Both the position numbers and the translations under genes were made by a program. The notes beneath the pieces are model-generated. The model worked only from the letters and a program-made list of their open reading frames with translations, ran no database searches and was not told the origin of the DNA. A stretch of DNA of 64,000 bases, taken from NCBI GenBank assembly GCA_013265495.1, contig MU058463.1, positions 3,703,037 to 3,767,036 of the forward strand, read 5' to 3'. Source of the DNA: Vicugna vicugna (taxonomy: Eukaryota). Within the stretch, counting starts at the first letter, position 1. Every line of letters starts with the position of its first letter. Below are positions 39,734 to 52,058 of this stretch, piece after piece.

Positions 39734-41372
39734 CTGCAGAGAAAGAAGAAATTAAGTCCCATGAAAAGGTATCACAGTATTTAGTAAGCATTCAATAAAG
39801 GAGACAGGAAAGAGCTCACAATGTTTGGCAAGGTTAATTCATTTTACTTCAAGCATAAAAGCACAACTATGTATTTATTTTAACCAATCACCAGTTGAAA
39901 GAGCATGGTGAAAAGAAACAAGTTTAACAGAACAAACGATCATTATTCTAATTTATCCAGAGATGTCCATGTGATTCAATAATGGAATGAGGGTTTGTTT
40001 TTTTGTTTCTTCTTTTTTCATCAGTGTGGGAACTCAACAGCCATCTACTTTGTTTATATTAGAAGAGTCCTTTCTGGCAGGAAGGCAAAACATGTTTCTA
40101 CAAACATGTTTTAAACTTAGTTAAGCCCATTATGTCTGAAAACTTTCACTTGATGGCCTTGATAGTTCTCAACAAAATGTGGGAAAATAAGTAACAATAT
40201 TTGTGGTTAAGCAGATTGATTGTTCACAAGACATTTAGCTTATTTTTGAACCATGATATTACATAGTTTGTTCTGTTTGGTCCTTAAAATAACCCTATGA
40301 ATTATGAAGAGAAGACATTGTCATATTCAATTCACAGATGAGAAAACTGGTGAGGAATTCTGTGGCTTTTCTAAGGTTGAGAGGTTAGCAAGTGACAGGA
40401 GTGGGTCTAGCGCCCAGATCCTTTTATTCCAAACTTTTGCTTTTTCTACTGGTCAACCTTGCAATAACCCTTCATACATAAAATCCCAAAGCTATGTTTT
40501 TCTTACTTTGTATAGTGGATCTGAACATACAGGCAACTTTAGGAAATGTCAAAACATGTAGCAGAGCCTTTGGCCTTGAACCAAGGCAGAGAGTAAGTAT
40601 CTGAATCTTTTTCATGTCAACCCAACCCAACCTGAAATACTACATTTCTCCTGGTTCTGCTCCACTCAGAATTACTCAACACTCTGGAACCACTTACAAT
40701 AAAGCTATAAAAGAACTGCAGTAGATAATTAAAAAGAAAGATGAACAGTGAAACTGAAACAATTCCAGCAAATATACACTCTCAAAGATCCCAGGGGAAC
40801 TCTTCCATCTCTCTGGTATTTTCCCGCCAAACCTGTGGGAGAGCAGCAGACACCAGACACAACTTTGCCTGAAGAAGAATCATAACACGCAGCCCAGATC
40901 TGGACCAGTGGGGGTGGGGGAGGCATCGGAGCCAATTTCCCCTTCATTCAGCAGCTGCCATGCCGTCCAAGCTGGCTTCCCTGGGCCTTTATAGGGAGGT
41001 GTGTCTGGCATAAAACCATCACTCCTACCAACTGCAAATTGCCTTCGACGTCTCTATCTCTACACATCTGTGCAAACATTTGCAACCCAAAATTCATGAT
41101 CCATCTTTGACATCACTCTATACCATGGAAAAGTAGAAATGGCATGTTGGGCTCCAACAGAAGCAGTAATGCTGCTTTATAAAAGGATTGTTGTCTAAGA
41201 GTGTTAACTCCAGAACTTAGCGTGAGTCTCCAAATACCCCTCTATTTCTTTAAAATAAGAACATTCAATAACAGAAGTTAATAGACACTTTTATTTAACA
41301 GCTACAAGTATGCTCCTCAAATAACCACGTACGGACAGCTTAGTAGAAGTTTAGGGTAAGTATCCCAGAATG

Positions 41373-41584
41373 CAGGGCTTCCCAACCTCAGTGCTACTGA
41401 CATTATGGATTTGATCATTTTTTGTTGTGGGGAGTGTCCTGTGCATTGAAGGATGCTTAGCGGCACTTTTGGTCTCTACCCACTAGATGTCAGAAGCACT
41501 CCCCAATTCTGATATCTAAAAAATGTCTCCTGACCTTGACAAACATCCCCTGGGAGCAAAACTGTCCCTGATTGCGAACCATTG
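41373..41584. mobile_element. MER20 (hAT-Charlie) element
   Basis: cagggcttcccaacctcagtgctactgacatt...tgtcctgtgcattg...ctctacccactagatg...gattgcgaaccattg. Confidence 0.85.
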
Positions 41585-41809
41585 TTGTAATGGAAAGAAA
41601 ATGCGTCATGTTACTCTCAACTCTACCACTTAATAACTGTGTGCCACTGGACAAGTTACCTAACTTTTCTGAGCCTCAGATTCCTCTTCTGTAAAATGAG
41701 GATGTAATACCTACTTTGTATGATTGTTGTGAGATTTAGTGATGTTTCATACGTAAAGTACCTAATATCCTGCCTAACACATAGGAGGAAATCAAAGAAC
41801 ATATGCATA

Positions 41810-41840
41810 TGTGTATGTGTGTGTGTGTGTGTGTGTGTGT
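41810..41840. repeat. (TG)n microsatellite
   Basis: Read directly. Confidence 0.95.
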
Positions 41841-42542
41841 ATAATTTATAATAAATATAGCTGGTCTGGACAACTGTCTGTTGTAAATCTATGTTAGCGA
41901 TGGGCCATATGCCTGTGATCATAGTTTTCAGATCTTTAAACATAGAGCTCATAGAAGCAATCCTCAAAGCAGACAATTCTTTCTTGGTGGTAAGTCTTTT
42001 TCCTTAAAAAGTGATATTGCATTTACCACCTTCCTGTACCTAGAGGTATATAGCCAGTTGGGACTGAAATGAGTTGAGAATTCATCAATTTCACTTGTAC
42101 ATAAGGAAATTTTAGATAGGTTACTATTAAATTTGTAAATTGGGAATCATAATTGCATGTGTTTGCTTCAAGTGACATGATCGACGTGCACCAGGAATCT
42201 CCCTACCACTGATTAAATATTACCTTTTTGGAAACGAATGTCATGTTTTCTTTTCAGTTTATCGCATAGGCACCAATGTTTATTCTAGTTATAACAGTGA
42301 AACCCTTCTATCTCTCACTAATGACTCACGTTCTCTTAGGTATGTGGATATTAAACATAGTAGAGATATATCTACAAATCTGATGTAACCAATTTATGCT
42401 TACTAAGTCTTACCAAAGATTAGGCTGTACAGCAAAGTATTTTAGAAGGAATGCATTCACTTTCTAGATGGCTGTTAGCTTCTCAAACAGAGAATGGCTT
42501 CTTCTATTCATCCACCCACCCACCCTCTCCACACCCTCTTAC

Positions 42543-42660
42543 CTTTCTTCTTCAGGACGTTTCTTTATCCAGCTGTTATCCTGTAACAAAGCCCTTCTTT
42601 TGTTCACCTCATGAAAACCCTGCTGCCTCAATGTGATCCCCTGAGTGGTACCCTTCATAT
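42543..42660 (-). CDS. SCEL: Sciellin exon 3: DMKGTTQGITLRQQGFHEVNKRRALLQDNSWIKKRPEEE
   Basis: 118 nt, AG/GT flanks, in frame, contains the conserved LQDNSWIKKRPEEE. Confidence 0.97.
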
Positions 42661-43346
42661 CTATCAACAGAAAAACAAAAAATCGAGAGATGTAGTTGCA
42701 TGAAGGTGAGTGTGCATTTGTTAACCTGGAAATCTGGAGAGGCGCATCTGATTGGACAGCATCAATCTTCTAGGCTGGCAAGTCCAGTACTGTTTCAAAG
42801 GAGGATGTGCTGGCAAGAAAGAACAAACCCCACACCCCATCATCAAAGATAACACATAAAACTGCTCGGGTGCCAACTGAAACTGCCAGGGCACATAGTG
42901 AAGCCCTGCCCAGCACCTGGGAATGTAGAACCACAGGCCTAGGAGAAAACAAGGAACGGCTAAGTGGGCTGGCCATTTGCTCAAAAAGAAATATGCCTCG
43001 GAAGTACACACAAGACTGTTTTTAAAGTACCTAGTAAATAACAGTCAGTGAGTCCTGGTGCTTTTGGTTATACATAACTTAATTCTCTGATCTCATGGGA
43101 GCCAGAAGCACAGGTCACACATACAAGAAAATGACATTTTTGATGAATTTTTAAAAGAAATCTTTAAATCGTAATTATGTGAATAAAAGCTGTAGAACTC
43201 TTACTTTTTCCTAAGCCTAACTTTGACCATGCTAACTAAGACTGTTGTTTCTAAGCATTATCTGTCTATATAAAAGAATCAGGGCCTGTGAATTATTTCC
43301 CCAGATTTTTAAGTTTTCTGAACAAAGGAATTATCATCTACATTAC

Positions 43347-43389
43347 CGTTTCCTGTGGGAGATGCTTTTCTCAAGGTGAAATTGGACAT
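43347..43389 (-). CDS. SCEL: Sciellin exon 2 coding part (whole exon 43347-43408): MSNFTLRKASPTGN
   Basis: Acceptor tttag|ATCC at 43409/43408, ATG at 43389, donor G|gtaatg; matches the sciellin N-terminus MSNVTLRKMSPTGN. Confidence 0.95.
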
Positions 43390-46039
43390 GCTGCCTTCCA
43401 GTAAGGATCTAAAAGAAAAATGGGGATGGGGCGAACACAACAAAGACTCAACAAAGAATCATCCAGGAACTTGTTCATTGCTAATGTGCATTTTTCAGTG
43501 ACATTAACAGTCATGTGATCTGGTTTAACAAATATCATGACATAAAGTAACCCCTGAGAACCTGAGAGTTCATCTATTCCAATGTTTGACAGATGCAGAA
43601 GCTGAGGCTAGGAGTATTCAGTGTCCCCTGTGTTATAGGACAAGCAATTGGCTGAATCAGGCCATCAATTAATTTATTTATTCAATGAATAAATATGCAC
43701 CAAGGGCCTCCAGTGTGCCTAGCACAGAGCCAGGAGCTGGAGACTAACAGATGAGTAAGACAAGGGCTTGCTTGGTCACATCAACAGGGAGATGGAGACA
43801 TGGATTCACAGCATAATACACAGAAGGGCTCACTGACTCCTTCTCTGGGGAAGCCAAAGAGAACCCAGGAAACTGATGTGTGATCAGAATGGAAGCAGCC
43901 AGAGCATGGAAATCAGAGATCTGGGGAAACAATGCTAATTTTAGGTAATCACTGCATGGGAAAGCCCTAAGATTCTTAGCCGTGACCAACTGCTACCACC
44001 AAGCTGCTAAGAGATTGAGGTGATGCTCAGTCCTAGTTTGCCCGGGACTGGTGGTGCTTTCAGGGCTGCATTATGACTTTGAGCCTTAGGAACTTCTGCT
44101 TTTGTGGGCTTCTTCCTTCATATACACCCACGCATGCACACCCACAATTAAAAAACAATAGTTTATGACTGTGTTAGTATAAAGATACATGATAATCCAG
44201 GCTGGCTGCATTAACACATATTTACTATTATTATAGTCATTTTTTTCTGTGCTGTTAAAAGGAATTAATGTTAGAACCCTTTTATGGGCCCTTACAGGTA
44301 TCATGGGTCCCAGGCATAGCCTTTTCTGTTTAATGAGTAAGTTGCCCCTGGGTTTCCCTGAATGTGGGACTTTCAGTTTTTAAACTGGAAACATCCTGGG
44401 GAAACAGCAATGGCTGGTCACCCTAGGTGAGGTATTATGTTTTTGGCCAAGTCTATCCCACCAGATGGTGTGTGGAATGTCAGAGGGGCCCTCCATCTCA
44501 AGTCAGAAGCAAGTCCTAGGTCCAGCTTTATGACATCAAAGTTCTGTAATTCAACTACTTAATGTCCCTGTAAAATGGGCTAATGAATCCTGCCATCTTC
44601 TTCATAAGGTTGTGATGATCAAATGACTAATGGACACAAAAATCACTTTGTTAAACTGTAAATGCTGTTGGGACTTACGACTGTATCATCAGACAATTTA
44701 TAGACATAACTTGGGGGTTCTAAAGCCCCCATCTCCCACCCTCTAGTGCAAAAATATCTCCTATAGTGACTTGCTGTGGGATCTGAAGTGGTAAAGATAC
44801 ATTCCCTTGGACCAAGGCATTGAAGATCCCTGGGTTCTTCATTTCGAACGTCTTCATTTCGAACGTCCTAGAGTTGGTGAGAAGTGGAAGCTGTTGGTGT
44901 CCAGAACAAGTCCTGTCTACCAGCCTGGTGCTTGGCACTATGAGCTCACAGCTGGACCTCCTATGGGGAATTGCCCTTAGCTGGTGGGGCTGCCAGTTAA
45001 ACACCCTCTTCATCCACTAAACCTGCAGCCAGCAACTGACTGACCTGGAATTAAAAGGTGAGTCTCTCTTGCCTCAACGTAGAGCCAGTTCTGCAGGTGA
45101 CAGGTGCTTCAGCACTCACCATGGGATCAGGCGGACCCTAGACTAGCAGAGAGCGCATCCTCGCTCAGCTCCTTGCCCTGCCTCCCTTCCTGCTTCCCTT
45201 TCTCTTTTCTCCTGTGTACATACCCTTAATAAGTCCTACACACCCAAAGTCCTCCCAGGCACTGTTTCCAGGGAACCCAGCCTAAAATGAACAATGAACA
45301 TAATCAATCATGCATTATCATCACAGAGACCAGCAGCTGTTCACTCTGCTGAGAGTTAAGATTTTAGTGAAACTGGAGAGATCCGCGTGTAAAGTGTGCT
45401 ATTAACTGACTGTGTCACCTTGGGGATGTTCACCTCCCTTATCTGTAAAATGAGGTGAATTGTGGCTGTTTTGAGGATCAAATTAGATGACATATGTAAA
45501 ATGTCTAATTATTGCCTGACACACAGTAGGTGCTCAATAATTCTTAACATTATGCTGCTCTCACCTTGGAAGGTGTAAAGCAAAGATGTAGAGGAGGTGT
45601 GGTCGGGTGTGGGGAGGACATGGGACAGTCCTGGATTTGGGCCACTGGGCATGCAGGGAGTGTGGGGCAGCCCCTGGCTGGCTGTGTTTGAAGGTGCTAA
45701 AACTTTAGCAGAAATAGGAGGGTTCTTAGCTAACCTATTTCCTGTTTCTAAATGGACACTGATAAATTCTTTTCCTGAGCTGGCAAAGACCTAGAGGGTT
45801 CCCAGCTGACAGAACTGGGATTCTGAGGTGGTCAGAGTGTTGAATGCATATCTGGTGACACATGACTGCAAACTCAGTCATGAAACACGCATGAGGCAGG
45901 GTAAATGGAGGACAGGCATTCTGCAATTATCTGCCTATTTTTCTCTCACGAAAGACTGAGAGTGCCCTGTGAGCCAGGCCTAAGACCTTCCCGTCTTGAT
46001 TTCCAGGGTCTAGGACAGAGTAGATACTCCCTAGGTGCT

Positions 46040-46448
46040 TGTTATGGGCTGAAATGGGTCCCTCCCAAAATTCATATGTTGAAGCTCTAACCCCCCACCC
46101 CCGCCCTCCAGTACCTCAGAATGAGACTATATTAGGGGGCAGGACCTTTAAAGAAGTGATCAAGTTAAAATGAAGCCATTCAGGCGAAGCCTAGTCCAAT
46201 CTGTCCAATGTCCTTATAAAATGAGGAATTTGAACACACAAAGAGATACCAGGGATGTGTCCACACAGAGAAAAGGCCATGAGAGGACACAGAGAGAAAG
46301 AAGGTGGCCGTCTGCAAGCCAGGAAGAGGAGCTTCAGGAGAAACCAAGCCTGATGAGAACCTGATCTCAGATTTCCAGCCTCCGGAATGGTGAGACAACA
46401 GACTTCTGTTGCTGAAGTCTGTTATGGCAGCCCTAGCAAACGAATAGA
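46040..46448 (+). mobile_element. MaLR solo LTR (MLT1B-like)
   Basis: tgttatgggctgaa...cccaaaattcatatgttgaagctctaacccc...ttatggcagccctagcaaac. Confidence 0.88.
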
Positions 46449-47004
46449 GTACTTACGCTAAGAGTGATTAAAACATTTCTAAAACAGCTAGGGCATTCAA
46501 AGAGCTTTGTGCCGCCCTGTCTCTGACCTGTGCCCTTTGCATCCTTACTGGCCCTACTGCACAGGGCAATTGTCAACAGCAATAGCACCTGCTCTCAACA
46601 AGGTATCTCACAGGCATCTCCTCATCCTCACATAAACCCTGCATCGCAGATGTAATTACCTCCACCTCCCAGATAGGACAACTGAAGCTCAGGGAGAGTG
46701 TGTAACCTGCTGAAGGTGATAATAAGCAGCCTCTGGCTTTTAAACATAGCCAACTCCTTCTTCAGCAAGCAGCAATAATGCTCAGCATGAGTCATTATAA
46801 GACAGGACCGGTACCCTGGTATTAGAGTGAGAGAGGGAAGGTACACAGCAGGGCTCATCTGACGCTTGACCTCTTATGCTATGGAAGTCCCATGAGCTCT
46901 GCCCCAGTGCCCCGCAGCAGGAGAACCAGGGCCTCAAGGAATCATTCCAGCAGACAAACTCTCACAGAACAGCCTTCTCTGTGTATTCCCTAATATTCTC
47001 TTGC

Positions 47005-47265
47005 CTATAAACATATGTCCACACAAATACGTGTACATGAATGGTTATAGCAGCATTATTCAAAATAGCCCCAAAGTGGAAACAACTCAATGTCAATCAG
47101 CAGATGAATGGAACATGACATGGTACACCCATTTAATGGAATATTACTTGGCAGTAGAAAGGAATGGAGTATTGATACATATTATGACATGAATGAAGCA
47201 TGAAACATGTTAAATAAAAGAGGCCAGACATAAAAGATGACATATTTATGATTCTATATGGATGT
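47005..47265 (+). mobile_element. Old LINE-1 ORF2-end fragment
   Basis: atgtccacacaaatacgtgtacatgaatggttatagcagcattattc...aatggaatattac; translates as HLMEYYLAV. Confidence 0.8.
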
Positions 47266-50200
47266 TGTTTTTAGATTTTCCTTAGGATCCTATCCATATC
47301 CCACTTAATTCTCCCTGCAAGCCAGGCTTGGGCTGCCCCTTTAAGCTCTGCTGGGTAAGGAGGAACGTTCAGACAATGATAATTCCTTAGACGAGTTTAT
47401 ATTAATGTATAGTGTATCTCATTTCATTTCCACAACAATGTTCTAAGAGTAATAAATCCCTAGTCAGCAGAGGCAGGGGCAGAGACTTGGCTTGAGTAGC
47501 TGGTGAGTGGCAAAGTTGGGACCCCACCTGAGGCTTTCTAGCTCAAAGCTCATCACCTTTTCCTTTTTACCAGGGACTCCTAGGTCATCAGCACTTCCTG
47601 CAGTTGTAGAGAGAAAAGCAGGTATCTCCTCTTCACCTTATATTTAGGACTGGCTCTAATCAGATCCAACATTCTGCTAAAGGGTCTGATATCTTCATGC
47701 CTTTGGTAGCCAGGCATTCTCCAGAAGGCCTAGTTCAATGGAGTCAAGTGAGATAAGACATCCAAACAAGCTCAGGGCCCTTACAGTTGTCTTCCTGCCA
47801 ATGACTAGCCTCAGGTATCCTATAAACATCTCACTGGCTCCAGCCCAGAGTCTCTGGGATACTTTCTAGGAATAGTTTCCAATGAAGTCACTTGCTTTCT
47901 CTGGGACACCCCAGTTTCATCTGTTCCCTCTTTCATGAGAGTCTCTGGGAAGAATCAGGCCTTTTGTGCTTCACCTTTCCTGTCTTTGAAACTAGGCTGC
48001 CAGGAAGGTAGGAGCTGCCATCTTGGCACCGTGGATTAACCACAGAACTAAAGTCACACACTAGGAGTGGCAGAGCGGGAAGTCAGAAGGGGCCTGGTTC
48101 CTCATAGAATTCGCAGACAGCCCTGGATTATCTATCTCTTAACTTCTTGGAAGAGAAAAATAAACCTCCTAGTTTGTTCAGGAGGTTGCTTTTTCATACT
48201 TTTGTTACTCAAGCTTAATGCTCTTCCTCCCTGTTACAAGACCATCAAGGAGCATATAGAAGGTCTAAAAGTCCATGGTGGTCTACAAAGGATAAGATGT
48301 TAGTGACTGTTTTATTAGTAAAATGCCATTCTTGCAATGTGTTCAATGTTCCTAGTAAGAACGATCACGTTTAGTTCCTACCACTGCTTCAGATTGTGCC
48401 ACGTGCTTTGTGCACACTGTCTTATTTAATCCTTCCGGATGAGTACTATAATCTCTAAGAATAGGAACCCAAAATTCAGAGAGGTTAAATAACGTGGCCA
48501 AGGTCACACAGGAAACAACAGCCAGGAACCTTAAATAGGTCTACATGACCACAACACTAGGGCATTTTTCAGCACATGATACTATATGTTGCTTAAAGTA
48601 CCATGTGATACAGCCAACACCAGACACATAGGGAAATGCCCTGGAGTGCCAAAAGGTGGAAGATAATGCCAGAGTAGCTGGGAGGAGCAGCAGCAGTAAT
48701 GAACAGCTGCTCCATCACCCTTGGGCATCTCAGCCTTGAGCCTCATCCCTCCCGTGGCCACGCTGAAGCCATGAGTGGCCTGGCACTATTCCTTTCTGGA
48801 CTCCTTCTCTGAATCTTCTCTCCCTACTAGATGGCTTGATAATATTTTATACTCTTCCCAAGCTCCATATTGTACTTTGACATAAAGTAAATGAGACAGG
48901 AATACATAACGTATTCTATTTTTAAATGATTTTAGTTGAATAAATATCCAGTTTTTTATGAAAATGACTAACATTGTGGGAAAATAAAATTCTTTTCATC
49001 AAATCTACATGCTTTTCTTACAAATCCTGCACAACCTCCCTCAGCGCCATCTACTCTTTTTTTCCCTTAGGACCCACTGGGCATGTCACCCTAACCATTT
49101 CCTTATGTCAGCCCATTTTGTGTCCCCAGAACCATATCTAGAAGCTCCAATCTAAAGCATTTAAGTTGCAAGCCCTTATCTCTAATTCTGCAGAAATTTT
49201 ATTGCAATGGAACACTTTCCATGTTGACCAGACTATAAAGCAACAGTTTTATATATGAATATTTTCTGTACCGTTATTAAAAATGGATCAAGAACATGCA
49301 TCCCTGTGAATAATGCTTTTGCTAAGAAATATCCTTTTTAGAGTGGATTAGTGGATTAAAAACCTTTCAAATTGATAATGCCAAGGAATACATGCAGCAA
49401 AATCTTATTTTTATGTTATTTTTTACAGAAATTACTTATTTCAGGGATTGAGGTTATCCTGAGTTTCAAATCCATTCAACACCTAAATAGTGATACTTCA
49501 ATAGCCTCAATTCAGCCAGTTAGATTTATTTCTAACTGCTGTCCTTCAGTTTCATCCCAATTAAGTTTTTAACATCTCATGAGAAAGATGAAACTCTCAT
49601 CTTGGCTCCTCAAAAACTGTTACCAGTACATATGCCTAAAAATGGCAGACACCAGAAACTGCATTCTAAATGTGGAATGTTATGGGAAAAGACGCGTGAA
49701 AAGATGTGTCTATTACGCTGGGAACTACAAAAACCTTTCCCTTTAAAGCGCCAAGCATGAGTTGGAAACTCTGATGTAAAATCATGACGTCAAAGTCAAT
49801 AAGGATAGAAGAAAAAAAATACTTTTCAATTTTTGGCCCCTCTTTCATTTCCTCTTTGTGACCGAACATTAGAAACAGCTAGTTTTTACCCAATACCTAC
49901 AGCCTCTGCCCGAAGACATCTATCTTTAGGTTTTAGATGAAATTACTCTTCTTAAATTCTGAATCACAAAACCAATCAAGTGTCATAGTTTCCTTTGGAT
50001 ACATTTGAAATGATCAAATATCCCCTATTTCCAAAACTTGTCTCTTTCAGGTGCTCTTCATCTCCCTATGGTCTTTCTCAATTTCTCTTTAAATAATAAA
50101 ACTTCCCTGAGAAGAAAAGAGAGAAAAAAAAACAAACAGCAAAAAAGAATTCACTGCTGGTATTTGGTCATGTGATGGTATCAGCTATATTGAGCTTAGG

Positions 50201-50811
50201 TTTTATATGTATTATCTCATTTAAGACCCACATAATGCTTTAAGGTTGATACCATGTCCTCATTCTTCACCTAAGTGAAACTTTATGACACATGGTTTCA
50301 ACGAAGTCAGTCTTTTTGCAGAAGGTAGGGCAGGAGCTGGAAATGTGGGCAGTGGGAGAAACTAGTTCTTTCTGGAAAGAGGTTTTAGGATGAGTAGTTT
50401 GCCTGAGGCTATAAAGTTAGTGCACAGTTGGGATTCCAACATAAATCGGCCTGACACCAAAGTTCCTGTCCCTGAAGCCCTGGAAACAAAACAGGGCCAA
50501 TATGTAGAAAGTGAAAAGGTTAAAAGGTTAAAAGAAAAGGTGAGAAGAATGACATCTCCTTTGCAATACAGATCCACAATGAACGTCAACTAACAGTGAG
50601 ACTCGGAGCATTCGGTCTTTGATATTCCAACATATCATGAGATCAGCATAGAGTGAAGTTGGATATTTCAATGGTTCCAAAATCTCCCAATTTATCAAGC
50701 TTCTAATATACTTACGTAAATTGATATCTTTATGGAAAACACCAAATGTGAATAGTTGCCTATAGTGATAGAAAGTATAAAAAACAAATGTAAAATAAAG
50801 AAATAAATACA

Positions 50812-51870
50812 AAACCATAAGTAAAACAAAAAGACTACCTACAGAATGGGAAGAAATTTTTGCAAATGAAACCAACAAAGGCTTTGTCTCCAGAATATAT
50901 AAGCAGCTCATACAACTTATTAAGAAACAACCAAACAACCCAATCCAAAGATGGGCAAAAGACCTAAACAAGCAATTCTCCAAGGAAGACATACAAATGA
51001 TCAAAAGGCACATGAAAAAATGCTCAATATCACTAATTATCAGAGAAATGCAAATCAAAACTACAATGAGGTATCACCTCACACCAGTCACAATGGCCGT
51101 CATTCAAAAATCCAAAAATGACAAATGCTGGAGAGGCTGTGGAGAAAGGGGAACCCTCCTACACTGCTGGTGGGAATGCAGTTTGGTGCAGCCACTGTGG
51201 AAAACAGTGTGGAGATTCCTCAAAAGACTAGGAATAGACTTACCCTATGACCCAGGAATCCCACTCCTGGGCTTGTATCCAGAATGAACCCTACTTCAGG
51301 ATGACACCTGCACCCCAATGTTCATAGCAGCACTATTTACAATAGCCAAGACATGGAAACAGCCAAATGCCCATCAACAGATGAGTGGATAAAGAAGAAG
51401 TGCTATATTTATACAATGGAGTACTATTCAGCCATAAAAACTGACAACATAATGCCATTTGCAGCAACATGGATGCTCCTGGAGAATGTCATTTTAAGTG
51501 AAGTAAGCCAGAAAGAGAAAGAAAAATACCATATGAGATCACTCATATGTGGAATCTAAAAAACAAAAACAAAAAAACAAAGCATAATACAAAACAGAAA
51601 TAGACTCATAGACATAGACTACAAACATGTGGTTGCCCAGGGGGTGGAGGGTGGGAAGGGATAGACGGGATTTTAAATTTTAGAATAGATAAACAAGATT
51701 ATATTGTAAAGCACAGGGAAATATACACAAGATCTTATAGTAGCTCACAGAGAAAAAAATGTGACAATGAATATATATATGTTCATGTATAACTGAAAAA
51801 TTGTGCTCTACACTGGAATTTGACACAACATTGTAAAATGATTATAAATCAATAAAAATGTTAAAAAAAA
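50812..51870 (+). mobile_element. 5'-truncated young LINE-1: ORF2 C-terminus, 3'UTR and polyA
   Basis: ORF2 peptides [33 protein letters not shown] and YTMEYYSAIK, disrupted by a stop and a frameshift; ends AATAAAAATGTTAAAAAAAA. Confidence 0.97.
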
Positions 51871-51983
51871 TCCAAGCCTTGTTAACAAGACTTACAATTC
51901 CACACCCTCCAGCCTCACTCTCCTCCCCTCCCTATTCCTCACTCAAACTTTAGCTTCAGCTATACTCAGTCATTCCAGTTCCT

Positions 51984-52058
51984 TTTTTAAAAACATTTTT
52001 TATTGAGTTATAGTCATTTTACAATGTTGTGTCAAATTCCAGTGTAGAGCACAATTTT
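51984..52058 (-). mobile_element. ~75-bp LINE-1 3' end in inverted orientation
   Basis: Reverse complement of 51796-51870, flanked by TSD TTCCAGTTCCT (51973-51983) and TTCCAATTCCT (52059-52069). Confidence 0.88.

Noticed and set aside
50528..51058. 176-aa minus-strand ORF
   Set aside because: Typical antisense reading of L1 ORF2, not a gene.
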